Of a stretch of DNA of 64,000 nt, positions 42,769-59,700 are shown piece after piece. A program made the position numbers and the translations under genes. How positions within the stretch are numbered: position 1 is the first letter of the stretch; every line of letters starts with the position of its first letter. The notes beneath the pieces were generated by a model. The model saw only the letters and a list, made by a program, of their open reading frames with translations. It did not search any database and was not told the origin of the DNA. The stretch comes from the human T2T-CHM13v2.0 reference genome, Homo sapiens: assembly GCF_009914755.1 (NCBI RefSeq), contig NC_060936.1, one strand, 5' to 3'.

Positions 42769-43157
42769 TCAACTCTGGAATAAACTCTTGACTGTATCAT
42801 TTAAAAAGGTTTTATGTTAAATGTAGTAATATGTTGAACCTTCACAACTTAGAGATAAGTGTAATTTATAGAAGATTATATGGGACTAATAAAACTAGTA
42901 ATTATTATAATAGCATCAGCTATCATTTAGTCAGTGTCAATTATACCCTAAGTATTTTATACACGTTTTCTTATTTAATTGTCATAATAGATCAGTGAGA
43001 AAGGAGAAAAAAAAAAAACCCAAACTATTATCCCTATAGAGATGTGGCAACTGTCACACAGGAGGATTACCTAACTCGCCCATGGGTATAGTTAATAAAT
43101 GACAGAGTAGACATTTGAACCCAGGATTGTTATGACTTCAAAAACCAATACTCTAAA

Positions 43158-43318
43158 CCAGGCATGGTGGTATGTGCCTGCAGTCTCAACTACTCGGGAC
43201 GCTGAGATGGGAGGATGGTGTGAGCTGAGGAGTTTGAGGCTGCAGTGTGCTAAGACTGTGCCTGTGAATACACTGTACTCCATTCTGGGCAACACAGTGA
43301 GACCCCATCTCTAAAAAT
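43158..43318 (+). mobile_element. FAM-like fossil Alu monomer
   Basis: Monomer with gcctgtgaatacactgtactcc, a FAM-type segment. Confidence 0.65.
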
Positions 43319-43540
43319 TAAAGGCAAAACAAAAGAACCCACCCACCCCCAATATTCTTTCTAACCCAAATTGCTTCTCTAGGCAGAACATAAATAAATT
43401 GAACTTCAAGATTCAAGAAAATGGCCTTTAAGATTTCTTCTAAGTCTAGAATACAAAGTTCTTTTTTTCGGCCAGGCACAGTGGCTCACGCCGGTAATCC
43501 CAGCACTTTGGGAGGCTGAGGCGAGTGGATCATGAGGTCA

Positions 43541-43837
<297 letters not shown>

Positions 43838-43944
43838 CTAATCCCTACTCCATTCAGGGAAATAAAAGGAAGAAAGGAAGAGAGAATTACTTAAGGTAAA
43901 ATTTTTCAGATACAAAAAGGTGATCTGTAAGTAATAATGGAAGC

Positions 43945-44610
43945 AGTGAGTCCTCAGCTTCTGCTGGTGGGAAGGTTCATGCTGAATATTTAGCAGGCGC
44001 TCTCTCTAAAGAGAACAGCCACCACACTTATGGCAGGGACTTTGCTGTCAGTAGCTCAAGAGGCAAAATGAACTACAGACTGGGACAAAAGGTGTGAAGT
44101 CTCTCGTTTACATAGATTGGATTCATCACAAATTTACCAGGTCAAGAATTCCATATAAAGCGTTTCAGCCTTCACTTGCAGATCATGAAAAATATGACGG
44201 AGATCCACAGAATCCTCAGAAACTGCATATTGTTACCAGAATAAAAAAGTACAAAAAGGTGTCCATATTGGGAAAAAGACATAATAAAGATGCTCAGATT
44301 AGAAAACACACATATCCATCAAGTTCACAAGCATATTGCTTCAGTGAATGCAAAACTGAAAGTGGTTTAACAGTCAGTAAGAATCAAGCCCCTGAAGTTG
44401 CCACAAGGATTTCCAACTGAGGAGGACATGTCTAAGCTCTGCCTCAAGAGCACTGGGGAATTAGTGCAGTGGCATCTGAAATCTGTGGAGCAGAAAGCAA
44501 TTAACTCCTAATGCCCAAGGAGCTTCAGATTAAAAAATGGATTTTTTTTTTATCTAAAGATGATGAGAAAGTGTTTCACTAAAATATATTTTAAATATAT
44601 ACATATAAAA
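43945..44610 (+). pseudogene. Processed MRPL30 (mitochondrial ribosomal protein uL30m) pseudogene; decayed CDS 44030-44511
   Basis: [44 protein letters not shown], then after frameshifts [14 protein letters not shown]...[24 protein letters not shown]. Intronless. Outer boundaries are approximate. Confidence 0.93.
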
Positions 44611-46113
44611 AGAAAGTGGGTGAAAGAAGAAAGGAAAGAATTTAGATTGGTCATTAGAGAATAACTTCCTGACAACAAAAATTGAGACATGAAACACATT
44701 ATCAAAGAACATTATGTTGGATAAACTGAAGAAAATACAACCTTGTGAACGGCTGTCAACACACAAATAGTGTCAACATACACACAAGATGGGGAAGTAC
44801 AAATATAGTCTACTTGGCTCAGCCCCACTTATAATTTAAAATAGAAAAATAAAAAAAGGAAAGTGGTAAAATAAGCTTGACGGCACCAGTCGGGATTGCA
44901 CTACAATTCTGCCAGCTTAAATACAAGTTAGCAAAATGCTAACCCCAGTTGGGTGCAATGCTTCATGCCTGTAATTCCAGCACTTTGGGAGGCCACGGCA
45001 GGAGGATCATTTGAGCCTAGGATTTTGAGAGTCCAGGGCAAGACAGTGACAGTCCGTCTCTACAAAAAATAAAAAATTAGCTGATGCGGTGGCACATTCC
45101 TATAGTACCAGCTACTCAGGAGGGTGAGGTGGGAAGACAGCTTGAGCACGGGATGTCAAGGTTGCAGTGACCCATGATTGCACTACTGCACTCCAGCCTG
45201 GGTGACGGAGTGAGAACTTGTCTAAAAAAAAAAAGTGAATCCAAATATTTGTGTAACCTTTTTTGAAGAATCTATCAGTGTACAGGTACTATTTTATAAT
45301 TTCCTTCAATTCACTATCCATTAAGACATAGCATCTCTATTTTCTCTACACATTCATATTCAGATGACAACTAGTATCCTAGTCTAGGCTCAGCATTAGT
45401 CTTCACAAATGTACTGGTAAAATAAAATCCATAGTTTGTTATTTTCTTAATATGTGTTGGAAGAACTTTGAATGAAAGATACCACAAAGATAACTTCCTT
45501 CTGAGATTAAAAAACATAAACAAAAAACCACACACACACACACACAACTCTGGCAGAACTGTTAGACCTGGGAAAGTCATCTGTCTCATGCCTGCTCACC
45601 TTTTCTCTCACTCAGATGAAATGCTCCCACAGGCAAAGATCCAAAGTTGATTGCCTCAGGAAGCTGCAGAGTCAACAATTTCATTTATCCCTTTTCAATG
45701 TTCGCTGAGTTTTGATGTGAACCTTTACTAATCCATAAAGAATGGGAAGTCTACACGTTTCTGGTAGTAACAGAGTTCTCTCACTCTCATTATGATGAAG
45801 AAAAAATGTTTTCTTAATGACGATTATATATTATCAGGAAAAAAGGGCTATTTCCATTAATAAATAAATATACCCAAATCAGCCAAGTTAACACTTGTGT
45901 TCCTTCCTATTTCTCTCTGCAGTCACTGACTGCCACCTCAAAGAGAAACAGCAGTCTCATCTCAGCCGCTGGTCCCACCATACCTGCTCCCTTTACACAA
46001 AACAGAAAAGACTGTGATCATTATTCGGTTCTAATAATACACCCCATGGAAACACAGTAGTTGGGAGCAAAAGTACTTGTTTTTGGAAAATGTAAAATCC
46101 AAGGAAAACCTAC

Positions 46114-46780
46114 CTTGTGAGTAGAGAAGGATTTGCATCTCTAAAAGAACACAGGTAAACACCTGCACCAGGTTCTCTAATCCCAGGAGCTCAAATGCCT
46201 CCCGAAGGGGGTAATCAGAGAGGGGGAGTTCACTGGGCCCAGGCCTCTGGCAGATGACAGGTTCATAAACACCATAAAATTTCAGTGACCTCCCTGGAGG
46301 TGGAAGGGGTACTTCATAAAGAATATTGTGGATATAGCTTTCAAGTGGCAAGGGTGGTGGCTGCTGTGAGGTAACAGCCTTGTAAAGCTGGATAAGGAAT
46401 TTCTTGCAGGCCTGCATGAATGGTAACGGTGTGATCAAGCATATACTTTTTGAAACATACAGGGTGTCTCTGCTAATATCATAGGAGTTGTATCGCTGGA
46501 GTTTCAAAAGGGAAGTTGTATCTCCTTCATCAAGACTACTTGCCAATGAGTCCATACTGCAGGAAGATGAAGCATACACACTGCTGTAATGCTCAGCGTT
46601 GTGCATCTGGTAAAGTGTCTGCATTGCTGTGCAGATTTGCTTACTTGTAACTTCTTCATAAAAAGTGAGAACAAAACCATAGGTGCGAGAACCATCTTCC
46701 CTGGTAATTATAAATGAGTGAAACTGGGGGTCTTTATTGTCCGTTTGTGTCCTGAAAGATAGCCCTTTAGGCATGCACAA
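46114..46780 (-). CDS. DENND5B: DENND5B coding exon (probably exon 3), 667 nt, phase 0->1: [12 protein letters not shown]...[16 protein letters not shown]
   Basis: ORF 46031-46780 has DENN motifs ([42 protein letters not shown]). Acceptor cacag|TTG, donor CAAG|gtaggt. Confidence 0.97.
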
Positions 46781-47799
46781 CTGTGAAAGAAAGAAAAAAA
46801 AAAATCAGAATGCAGTACACAAATAACTTCAAGCCAGAAATAAATGTTGTTTTTTTTAACATAACAGGATTCAAAAAGACAGGTTTTATCCAGATTTAAT
46901 ATTCGCAATAGCCTTAAATTAGAAATATATTATAAATTCCTCATACACATGTATATAAAATTATTCTTAAAAGGAGTATATACAAGGGAAAAACTTTTAC
47001 TGTGTGATGTTACATGCAAGGGGCTTTACTAAGAACAAGAGAATCACTGATTTAGTCCCAGAGTAAACCTCTAACCAAGCTTGTGGCCTTTAGCAAGCCA
47101 TATAACTTCTGTGAGCCTCAGTTCCTTTATCTACAATAGTTGCAGTATCAACGACTTGAAGACAGAGTAGGCAAAAGCATTTCACAAATATTAAAAAGCA
47201 CTTCACAAAAATAGTACTCAAGTATTTAATACAGGGAAATAGGAAAAGGCTCATTTAGGAAGTGGAAAAAAGTTAAACAAAGAATAATAAAAACAACAGT
47301 GTCATCTTTGCTATTTTGAATAGTATGGTATTTTATCCAAGAAAAAGAAACTTTGGAAATTGAAAGCTTTTTGATCTACTAAAGCAGAAGCACAGAAACA
47401 AGGCATTTTAGATTACTTCTAGTAGAGATTATGCTCTAGTTCTTGGGAACTACCCAGGATTGAGGAAACTTGAGAACAAAATTACCCAGAGGAGCTAAAG
47501 ATGCTATATTTAAGACACTTAAAATGCACAGAAAATTAGAATTGATTCTTTAAAACATTTTAAATAAAAGAAGTGAAATTACAGAAAAGTTGAAATATAC
47601 TAAGGAAAACAGAACTTGTAATTCAACCATCCTAATACTCATTATTCATATTTAGATATTTCTATTTTTGTATTGCAATATGCTTTTTACATAGAAATAA
47701 TTTAACCATATATTATTACTATTTTTCTATATTTAATAACTGATGTGGTACAAAATTTAGACTGTCTCCCACATCCCCACATTACCAAGAAAATACAAT

Positions 47800-48345
47800 T
47801 CCTTTATTTCTTCATTCAAACCGTCAAAAAACATTTATTAAGTGCCTTTTATGAGAGGGGCCCTATGATACAATGGTGGGAAGGACAGACATGGCCCATG
47901 GTCCTATGGTATTTCCAGTCGAGTAAGGTTAACAGGTAAGTTTTAAAAATCATAAACTATAAAGTAAGGGAAGTGCTATGATAGGGTAAATAAGGGTTGC
48001 TATGGGAAAAACATATAATAGTAGGAAGACACACATTAGAAAAGAAGGAGCTACCAGGAAAAAATGAAGCCCAACTGAAACCTCAGGACGAGTATAGGTC
48101 TTAGTGGATAAAGAAGATTCCAGGCAGAGAGGACATGTGCAAAAGCCCAGAAGAGTTTGAGGAACTGAACAGGTCAGTGTGGGTGGGGCAGAGAATGCAA
48201 GGTGGGAGGACGTGAGAGAAAGCAAGAGAAATAATCAGGGGCTAGCCCATGAAGGGCCTTGGTAGGCCATGTTAGAACTGTGGGGAGGACAATGGGAAAC
48301 CTCTGAAGGGTTTTTAGGAGAGGGACAGAATTAGATGTGCCTCTT
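47800..48345 (-). mobile_element. L2 relic
   Basis: ttcattcaaa..acatttattaagtgcc...ttccaggcagag...tgcaaaagcccag...aatgggaaacctctgaagggtttt. Confidence 0.65.
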
Positions 48346-49771
48346 AGCACATCCATCTTGGAACACTAAGGGGAGTGGTTTTCAAAGGGGTTCCAAAGAG
48401 GCAGCAGGAATGTCTCAGGGCCTTGGAAGGGAGTGAGAGGCTAGAGGAAGAAGTTGAGAGGGCCAGTGTCCCTTCTTCCCCTATGCACATTCCACTTTCA
48501 TTTATTCTGTAGAGTGGAATTCTTTCAGTGTTAAGATTTCTGGGTTCCCACTGCTTAAAAACAAAATCTTGATGGTGGGATAGGATTAATGCAACACAAT
48601 TGTCATTAAGCATGAAGGCGGGTGGGTGTCCAAACTGCTCCTCACAGCCATTTCAGATTGTGGTCCTTTCCTTTACCCTAAAAACTATTGGCTTTGAAGC
48701 TCATGTCATGATTGTGCCACATTTTGGGTTTCTTTTCTATCCAAGTTCATTTCCAGAGCAACTTCTTCCATGATTTTAAATATACTCTTTCAACTCCCAA
48801 ATCTACAATCTCATGAACCTGACTCTTAACTGAGTAACTACTTGACAATCCCATCAAGATGTCTAATAGGCAACTCAAACTTACCATGTCCCAAACTGAA
48901 GTTCTGATTTCTTCCTCCAAATCAGTTTCTTCTTATATCAGTCTTTTCTGTAATTCCATCCATCTAATTTGCCCAGGACAAAAACCTTGGAGTCATCTTT
49001 AACTTCTTCCTCTCTTTCTCACTTACCCCATTATCCAATCCATCAGCAAATATTATCAATTCTATCTTCAAAAATACATGCAGAAACTAATTGCTGTTGC
49101 TTCTTTTTTTTTTTCTTTTTTAGAGGTGAGGTCTTGCTCTATCACTCAGGATGAAGTGCAGTGGTACAATCACAGTTTACTGCAGCCTCAAACTCCTGGG
49201 TAAAAGCAATCCTCCCGCCTCAGCCTCCTGAGTCAGAAAGTAATTGTTTTGATCTTTACGCTTACCACTCTAATCTAAGTCACCCTCTTTTCTTGTCTGG
49301 ATGTAACAGCCTGTTTCTGCCCTTGTCCCCCATAATCTATTTCCCTTATAAGAGCCAAAGCAATCCTTAAAAAATATGTTAGATCTTGTCACTCTTGCCA
49401 AAATTCTCCAATGGACTCTTATCTCACTAAAAGCTGATGTCCTTATAATGGCCTGCAGGGAAGCCCTGCATGACTCAGCCCCCAACAACCTCTCTGCCCT
49501 CATCTTATACTCTCTAACTCACCCACTCTGCTCCAGCAACAATGGCACGTTACTGTTCTATGAACACACCCCGCGTGCTCCCATCAAAATCTGCTCTTCC
49601 CTTTTCCAGCAGCTTTCTTCCCCTTGGTATCCACATGACTCATTCCTTGTGGCAGATATAGCTCCAATAATATTTCTACTTTCACACACTCTTCCAAACC
49701 TTGACACTTCCCCATTAAGAAGTGGAGCTCACTCTCCTTGAACCTGGGTGGGCTGCTGAGAGTGCCTATAC

Positions 49772-52175
<2,404 letters not shown>

Positions 52176-52258
52176 GCCTAGTCAAGTAAAATGCAACAGC
52201 AGTGACAAGTGACAGAGTGACTTTTGAGCAGAGGCTAAAAAAGGCAATACAGCTTCCA

Positions 52259-52262
<4 letters not shown>

Positions 52263-52292
<30 letters not shown>
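52263..52292 (+). repeat. (CT)15 microsatellite within MLT1
   Basis: Read directly. Confidence 0.9.
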
Positions 52293-52295
<3 letters not shown>

Positions 52296-52583
52296 AACCT
52301 GGTAACACACTCTGGGAGCCCTGAGGCAACATATAAAAAGTTTAGCTAGCCTGAAGCTGCCTGACTGGTGAGACCAAATGAAAGACCACACAGAGACAGA
52401 AGGAGCCCTAGCTATATGCCTGGTCCAGGAGACAGGCCTGTGAGTGGGTGAGCTTTCAGATGATTTCAGTCCTCAGACTTCAAACCTTCCAAACTAACAC
52501 CAAGTAGAATACAGGCGCAGCCAACCAAAAGCTACCTACATTGCAGATATGTAGGCTAAGTAATGATTTTGTTGCTTTAAATC

Positions 52584-53197
52584 AAGGGTCAGCAAACAAC
52601 AGCCCTGCTATGGGTTTAAATATATGTGTGCCTCCAAAATTCATATGCTGGAACATCACTTCAGGGTGACGGTATTAAAAGGTGGGGACTTTTGGGAAGT
52701 GATTAAGTCATGCAGGCTCTGCCCTCATGAAAGGATTCGTCCTTCTTATAAAAGGTTGAAGGGAGCAGCACCCTAGTGCTTTCTGCCATGTGAGGATACA
52801 ACATTTGTCCTCTCTGGAGTACACAATAACAAAGTACCATCTTAGAAGCAGAGACTAGGCCATCATTAGACCCTAAACCTACAGACACCTTGATCTTGTA
52901 CTTTCAACCTCTAGAACTGTGAGAAATAAATTCTTATTCCTTGTAAGTTACTCAGTCTGAAGTATTTTATTTTAGCAGGAGGAATGGAGTAAGAAAAACC
53001 CTTAGGTCAAATACAATCTGCCACCTGATCTGTAAATAGTTTCACTGGGATTCAGTCACAACCATCCACTTATGCACTGTCTATGGATGCCTTCACACTA
53101 CAACAGCAGAGCTGGGTGACTGTGGCAGAAACTGTATGCCCACAATACCTCAACTACTTATTATTTGGTTCTTCATGAAAAAAATTGCCAAGCCCTA
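52584..53197 (+). mobile_element. Second MER58A-like element, split by an MST LTR
   Basis: caagggtcagcaaacaac...; after the LTR: tgtctatggatgccttcacactacaacagcagag...aaaaaattgccaagccct. Confidence 0.72.
52606..52996 (+). mobile_element. MST-family MaLR solo LTR
   Basis: tgctatgg...ccaaaattcatatgctggaac...ctagaactgtgagaaataaatt...taagaaa. TSD agccc/aaccc. Confidence 0.75.
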
Positions 53198-54446
53198 TTT
53201 TAAGCCATTAACTGGTAGGCGGATGGATTGTCATGCAGCGATAGATAATCAAAATACTTCCTTACTTCCCTTAAGTCTCTACATAAATACTACCTTAGAG
53301 AGGTCTTCCTTTACCTTTCCATAAAAAATAGTGTTCTCTTCATCTTTTGCATGCCATAAAATGTTACTCCTCTAAAAAGTATTTATTGTGGAGAAGCAAT
53401 TAAAGTCTTGCACCACTGTAAACATATGTACATTATATAAACATACACATTACTAGTATTGTATAATTCTGTTTGATCTCTACATTGCCAGCTACTCAAG
53501 GGCTAGTACTTCATTTCAATAACTTTAAACATTCAAGGGAACTGCAATGGAATAATATACCATTTGGGGCCATAACAGGTGGTGACTGATAACATGGGTA
53601 AAAAGAAAAAACTGTGAAGCTCAGCATTAGTGCACCAGTGAAAATGTCTTCATATTTCATATCATTGAATATGAGATGTGGAAAGGACTAAGGCAGATTT
53701 ACTCAATTCTTTTACATATTAAATTACTATGTATATTTGGATAGAATGAGATATAGACTTAGGTAAAACCTATGAATACCTGGATTTGGTAGGGGGTAAA
53801 AGCCACTTATTCCTAGTCTTAGGAATAACTGTATAAGGAAAGGCTATGGCAGAATCTTTTAATAATTCTACGTTCACATTAAGGCTGATTTCATCATAAC
53901 AAGTTAATGAGTTGCTCTGCTGATAGCATGAATAAAAACTCATTTGGCTGGGTGTAGTGGCTCACACCCATAATCCCAGTACTTCGGGAGGCTGAGACGG
54001 GTGGATTGCCTGAGCTCAGGAGTTCAAGACCACCAGCCTGGGCAACATGACGAAACCCTGCCTCTACTAAAAATACAAAAAATTAGCCGGGCGTGGTGGG
54101 ACACACCTGTAGCCCCAGCTACCTGGAAGGCTGAGGCACGAGAATCTCATGAATCCGGGAGGCAGAGGTTGCAGTGAGCCAAGACTGCACCACTGCACTC
54201 CAGCCTAGAAGACAGAGTGAGACTGTCTCAAAAAAACAAACAAACAAAAACAACAAAAAACCCTAAAAACCCAAAAACTTCATTTGACACATTTATTGTA
54301 GTCAATAAAGATTGTAGAAGGGATAATTTGAATTATTCTTGCTCCAGGCTAAACTCAAACTTGTTTAGCACAGTGCATGGCATATAACAATTGGTTGAAT
54401 GAATAAATGAATGAACAAGAAAACAAACAAAAACAGCTGGGGGTAA

Positions 54447-54641
<195 letters not shown>

Positions 54642-55615
54642 TAGGCGTGCATACCCGGCTATTTTTTTTTTTTTTTGTACTTTTAGTAGAGACGAGGTTT
54701 CACCATGTTGGCCAGGCTGGTCTTGAACTTCTGGTCTCAAGTGATCCACTCGCCTCAGCCTCCCAAAGTGCTGGGATTACAGTGTGAGCCACAGTGCCTG
54801 GACTTCAGCTTGTAATTCTTTTTCCATCAAGTAGGCAATACAGAAACATAGTGACCACCAAAGTCAACATAAAGATTTAATTTAATTGATAGGCGTTCCT
54901 GTCATCCTAAATCACAAAATCATAGCTCAACTGCTGTTGAACAGCTGCCAAATATTCCCTTAAGGGTTTGTAGCTTTCTTGAGCGCACATTCAAACATTT
55001 ACAGAAAAAGCTTGCCAAAAGTTGTACTCAAAGTGAAGAATGGCTTTCTATGCTACAGACAACAGATGTAAGAATTTTTCCTAAATGCTCTTCCAACAAA
55101 TCAAAAAAAGTAAGAACTATGTATCTAATCGGGAAACATGAACTGCAAAATGCTATTATTTTTCCATTTTTAAAAGATATACAGTATTGTTTTATATCAG
55201 GAACTACAAGATACTTTCTCAGAAAACCTGAGTTTCATCAGAATTGTTAAACTGTCAGGAACTACAAGAAATCTCAGAAAACCTGAAATATAAATCAAGA
55301 TTTGTTTATCACGGTATTAAACATTTCTAATTAACCCTTAACTTTGCTATCTACTAACAATACCCCCTCACCATCCCACAATAAAACAACTAAAAATTAG
55401 AGGTGTCACTGATGATCAGATTACTACTAGTAACCAGATTACTTTAGCCAAAGCAGGCTTATAATGACAAGTGTGTAACTTTCCCAGTTTGAGTCAGCAA
55501 ATGTTCTTATATTTCTCTAGACCGTTTCAGGCAGTTTGGCTAGAATTTTAAAATTCCTTTTTCCACATCTTGTAGTTCTATGACTTCCATGGCCTCTCCC
55601 TCATTATGCAAATAC

Positions 55616-55805
55616 AATCATATACTGTATAACCACACTCTGGTCAACAATGGACTGCCTATAGGACAACGGCTGGAGCAATACGTTATACCATATAACT
55701 TAGAAGTATAGTAGGCTATATCACCTAGGTCTGTGTATGTGTATATACACTCTATGATGTTTGCACAATAAAATCACCTAACAACACATTTCTCAGAATG
55801 TCTCC
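55616..55805 (+). mobile_element. Tigger3a/MER7-like DNA transposon fragment
   Basis: ggtcaacaatggactgc...gtagtaggctatatcacctagg...tacactctatgatgtttgcacaa...catttctcagaatg. Confidence 0.7.
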
Positions 55806-55829
55806 CTCCCTCCCTCCCCTCTTCTCTCC

Positions 55830-56750
55830 CTCCTTCCATAAACACTTATTTTGTCCCATGTTTTGCATTAGATCTTGGTAACTCAAAAGACAAAGATAAA
55901 AATAATCCTTTCCTTTAGGGAGTTCACAGTCTAGTAGGAAAGACAGACACAGAAACCAGCAGTTACCAAAAAAATGTGATCAGTGTTGCTACGGACTCTG
56001 TTCGAGATATCATAAGAAAAGACAGAGTAACTACTCCTGCTTAAGAGATGGTTTTGCAGTGGAGGTCACACCTAGTCAAGGACAGGGAAGAGAAGTATTG
56101 TAAGCAAGTATCACTTCATTTATTCAACAATTTGAACATCTACTATGCGCAAAGCTAGGGATATAACAATGAATAAGAGACACTGCTCCTGTTCTCATGG
56201 TGCTTACATTAAGCACGAGATACACAGTTGACTACTAGCTAAGTAATTGGTTAACTGCAACTGAGATAGGTGCTACAAAAAGGTACAAGGTACTAAGAGA
56301 ACCTAAGGTGACCTGAGTGCTGGGAAGACGGTGGAAGGTGATGGTCAGGAGCAGCTTCTCTATATAAATGTTTACAGTGAAGTCTGAAGGAATAGTAAGA
56401 ATTCACTAGGTGAAGGAGAGGTGGAAGAGCCTTCCAGAGAGAAGGAACAGCAGAAGCAGAAGCTATAGTATGAGGAATGAAATGGACAGGTTACTGCAGG
56501 AGTCCAGGTAAGAGATCTTGATGGTTTGGACCAAGGTGAGTATACGGAACAGAGAGAAGTAGACAGATAACTGATTATATATGGGAGAGGGTGAGTAAGT
56601 GAGAACTTTCAGGGTGATGTGTACATTGTTGGACTTGGCAAGTAGGTGGATGGTTGTACCATTCACTGACAAAGACTGGTGGGATGAATAATGAATTCAG
56701 TTTTGGATATGTTGCATTTGAGATGCCAGTGAAATATTCTAGCTGCAATG
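55830..56750 (-). mobile_element. L2 relics
   Basis: ttcatttattcaacaa...ctactatg and tgaattcagttttggatatgttgcatttgagatgcc are L2 3' motifs. Confidence 0.65.
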
Positions 56751-59700
56751 TTAAGGAAACGGGGGAGAGGATGGGGGTGGCGGGGGCAAAAGGGTCTTCC
56801 AGCAATGGTCCTCCAGCAATGAAAGCCCCATTCCTATAATTTTACTGTGAGATATGGCTAGGCATCGTGGATCACACCTGTAATCCTAGCACTCTGAGAG
56901 GCCGAGGTGGGCAGATTGCTTGAGTCCAGGAGTTCGAGAGTAGCCTAAGCAACATAGCCAAACCCCGTCTCCTCAAAAAGTACAAAAATTAGCCAGGCGT
57001 GGTGGTGCACACCTGTAGTCTCAGCTACTTGGGGGGCTGAGGTGGAGGATCGCTAGAGCATGGGAGGTCAAGGCTGCAGTGAGCCAAGATTGCACCAGTG
57101 CACTCCAGTCTGGATGACAGAGTCAGAACCTGTCTCAAGAAAAAAAAAAAAATTTTATTGTGAGCTTGAACCTAAACTTGGCTCAAAATGAGGGCTTATC
57201 TTCATTCTAATGTCAAACCTATGAATGTAATTTGGGATTATCCATTTCAAATTCAAGTAATTGCTAAGTCTACAAAAAGTATATATAGCCCTTTTTCCTT
57301 TTACTCTTACAAGATAAGCATCTGAATAGGTTTCTTCAGCCAACCTTTCACCGTTTACTCTTTGCTCTTCATTCCACTATATCCTTCTTTGTAATCAAAG
57401 TTAACAGCAAATTATAAAGTAAGAGCTTTATAATAGTTATTACTCTTTTGTTACCTAAAATATATTTATGATGTTTCATTAGGACAGACATAAAAAATAG
57501 AATCCTTATATTTTCATACAGTTTGCTTAAAAGTTATTGACCACGTTTTCTTCCTATGAATTCTTAGGTACAACACAGGCTTAAAGATAAGATCTATCAA
57601 CTAGAATATTACATAGTCATGGATGCCAATAAGCAGATTACCTCAAAGAGATGTGAAAGTGGGGTGGGGGACCTTCAGCTCTGTTTGCAATGCTTTATTT
57701 CATTTAAAATGAAATGCAGACCAGGCACAGTGGCTCACAGAGGTCGAGGCGGGCAGATCACTTGAGGCCAGGAGTTTGAGACCAGCCTGGCCAACATAGG
57801 GAGACCCCGTCTCTACCATAAATACAAAAATTAGCCAGGCGTGATGGTGCGCGACTATAATCCCAGCTACTCAAGAGGCTGAAGCATGAGAATCACTTGA
57901 ACACCGGAGGCAGAGGTTGTAAGTAAGCCAAGATTGCACCACTGAACTGCCAGGGTGACAGAGTGAGACTGTCTCAAATAAATTAATTAATTTAATTAAA
58001 TGTACTGCACTCCAATCTGGGAGACAGAGTGAGACTGTGGAAACAAGGGAAAGAAAGAAAAGAAAGCAAAGAAAGGGAGGAAGGGAAAGGGAAAGGAAAG
58101 GAAATGTAGAGCTCTGAAGCAAACATGTCAATGTTGACATATGTTAGTTCTAGGTGATTAATACATACATTGACTGTTTATTGTATTGTTCTTTCTGTTC
58201 TGTGATATTTACTTTTTTTCATAAAAATCTCTGATCAGCAACTGAGGAAAAAAAACTAATTCAGGAATTATTTCACCTGTCACTTGTATTTATTTTCTAT
58301 TTTATTTGCACTGTACTCATACACATTAAACATTTTATTTAACAAAGTTCACTGCTTTGGGTACTTAATTTATGTATGAAATTAATGACCTTTTATTCAA
58401 AGCACTACTGTTGTTAGAGGAATGACTAATATTACAGAAGGTGATGACTCACTGCGGTGGAATTTTGCTAAAGGCAAGACAAAGCTTTATATCTTTAGGT
58501 GGGAATAAATTACAGCTTCATACAAACGCACTTACTAGTAAATCAAAGAGGAAATTAAAGGCAGTAAATCTGTGACCCGAATGCAAACTACTTTAATGGG
58601 ATGCTTTTCAGAGATTTTCCAGGAGTACAAGCAAATCCTTTTAGATTTGCAGCAATAAAAAAAATGCTATGTGGTGCTTAACCATCAAAACACAGCCTTT
58701 GCGATTATTCTTCAGGGGGAAACTTTTGCTGCTTACATAAAATAACCTCAGGGGCAAGGAGTAAAGAAAATATCAAAGATCAAGGAAGCTGATAATTACT
58801 TTAAAGATTAATGTTTTGCAGATAGAGGCAAAAGCTATCATGGATATCTCACTATTAATTCATTCAAATGATTAAAAGAAAGAAAACACATGAAGGGTGG
58901 CATTTTGTTCCAAATGACTGTGGATTCATATAGTAAGAACGTACTTGTACCCAGGCCCCAGTGATCCTCCCACCTCAGCCTCCAGAGTAGCTGGGACCAC
59001 AGGCATGGTGCCACCACACCCAGCTATTTCTTTTTTAATTTGTAGAGACAGGGCCTCCCTATGTTGCTTAGGCTAGAACCTCACTTTGAATACCATTCTG
59101 ATTTCTCACAGAATAAGTTATATTTTGAAATATCTTACTAATTTAAGAAGATTAAGTATTGTGATCTATTCATATTCTTATCCAGTTTTCCACTGCTTGA
59201 TTTAAACACTCTTTTCCTAAATGCCTTTCTATTAATTTGCTGCATAAGCAGCTCATAAGTTATTTTTTTGTCACTGCTGTTCAACTATTTTAGTCAGATG
59301 CTTGTCTGGACTCTTCCAAGTCTTATAAAGATAACTAACAGTTGTGTTCTACATAATATCTATAGTAGAGTCTTCACCAAAGATGACGCTAGGCATCTAC
59401 AATATTAACTTCCAGCAAAATGGCATCTCTGATTATTTTAGTATTGTATAACAGTTTAGGAAAATAACCACATTGTACTCTGTAAGGAATCAAAGTCAAA
59501 GTGCCAAGTGCTTTAGGCATTTGTCCTTACAAATAGCACCATGCTATCCCCTCCCTAGAGCGAGCCCAGGCTGGAAAGAGTTTACTGTGATACAAAAATA
59601 TCACAAAGGGTCCAGTGTGACCCATAACATTTCCAGTGTAGATCAAAACTCAGTTACACAGTTTTTCTTTTGGGAAGGCAGCAAGGCAGATGAGAAAAAA

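Noticed and set aside
44094-44420. 108-aa MRPL30-like ORF as a functional retrogene
   Set aside because: It starts at GTG, is cut off from the original ATG and targeting peptide, and frameshifts after VTRIK.
45984-46113. Alternative donor CAG|gtatgg 130 nt past the 667-nt exon, and the read-through tail GRFSLDF...VYY*
   Set aside because: It includes a stop and I see no nearby poly(A) signal. Such motifs are common by chance.
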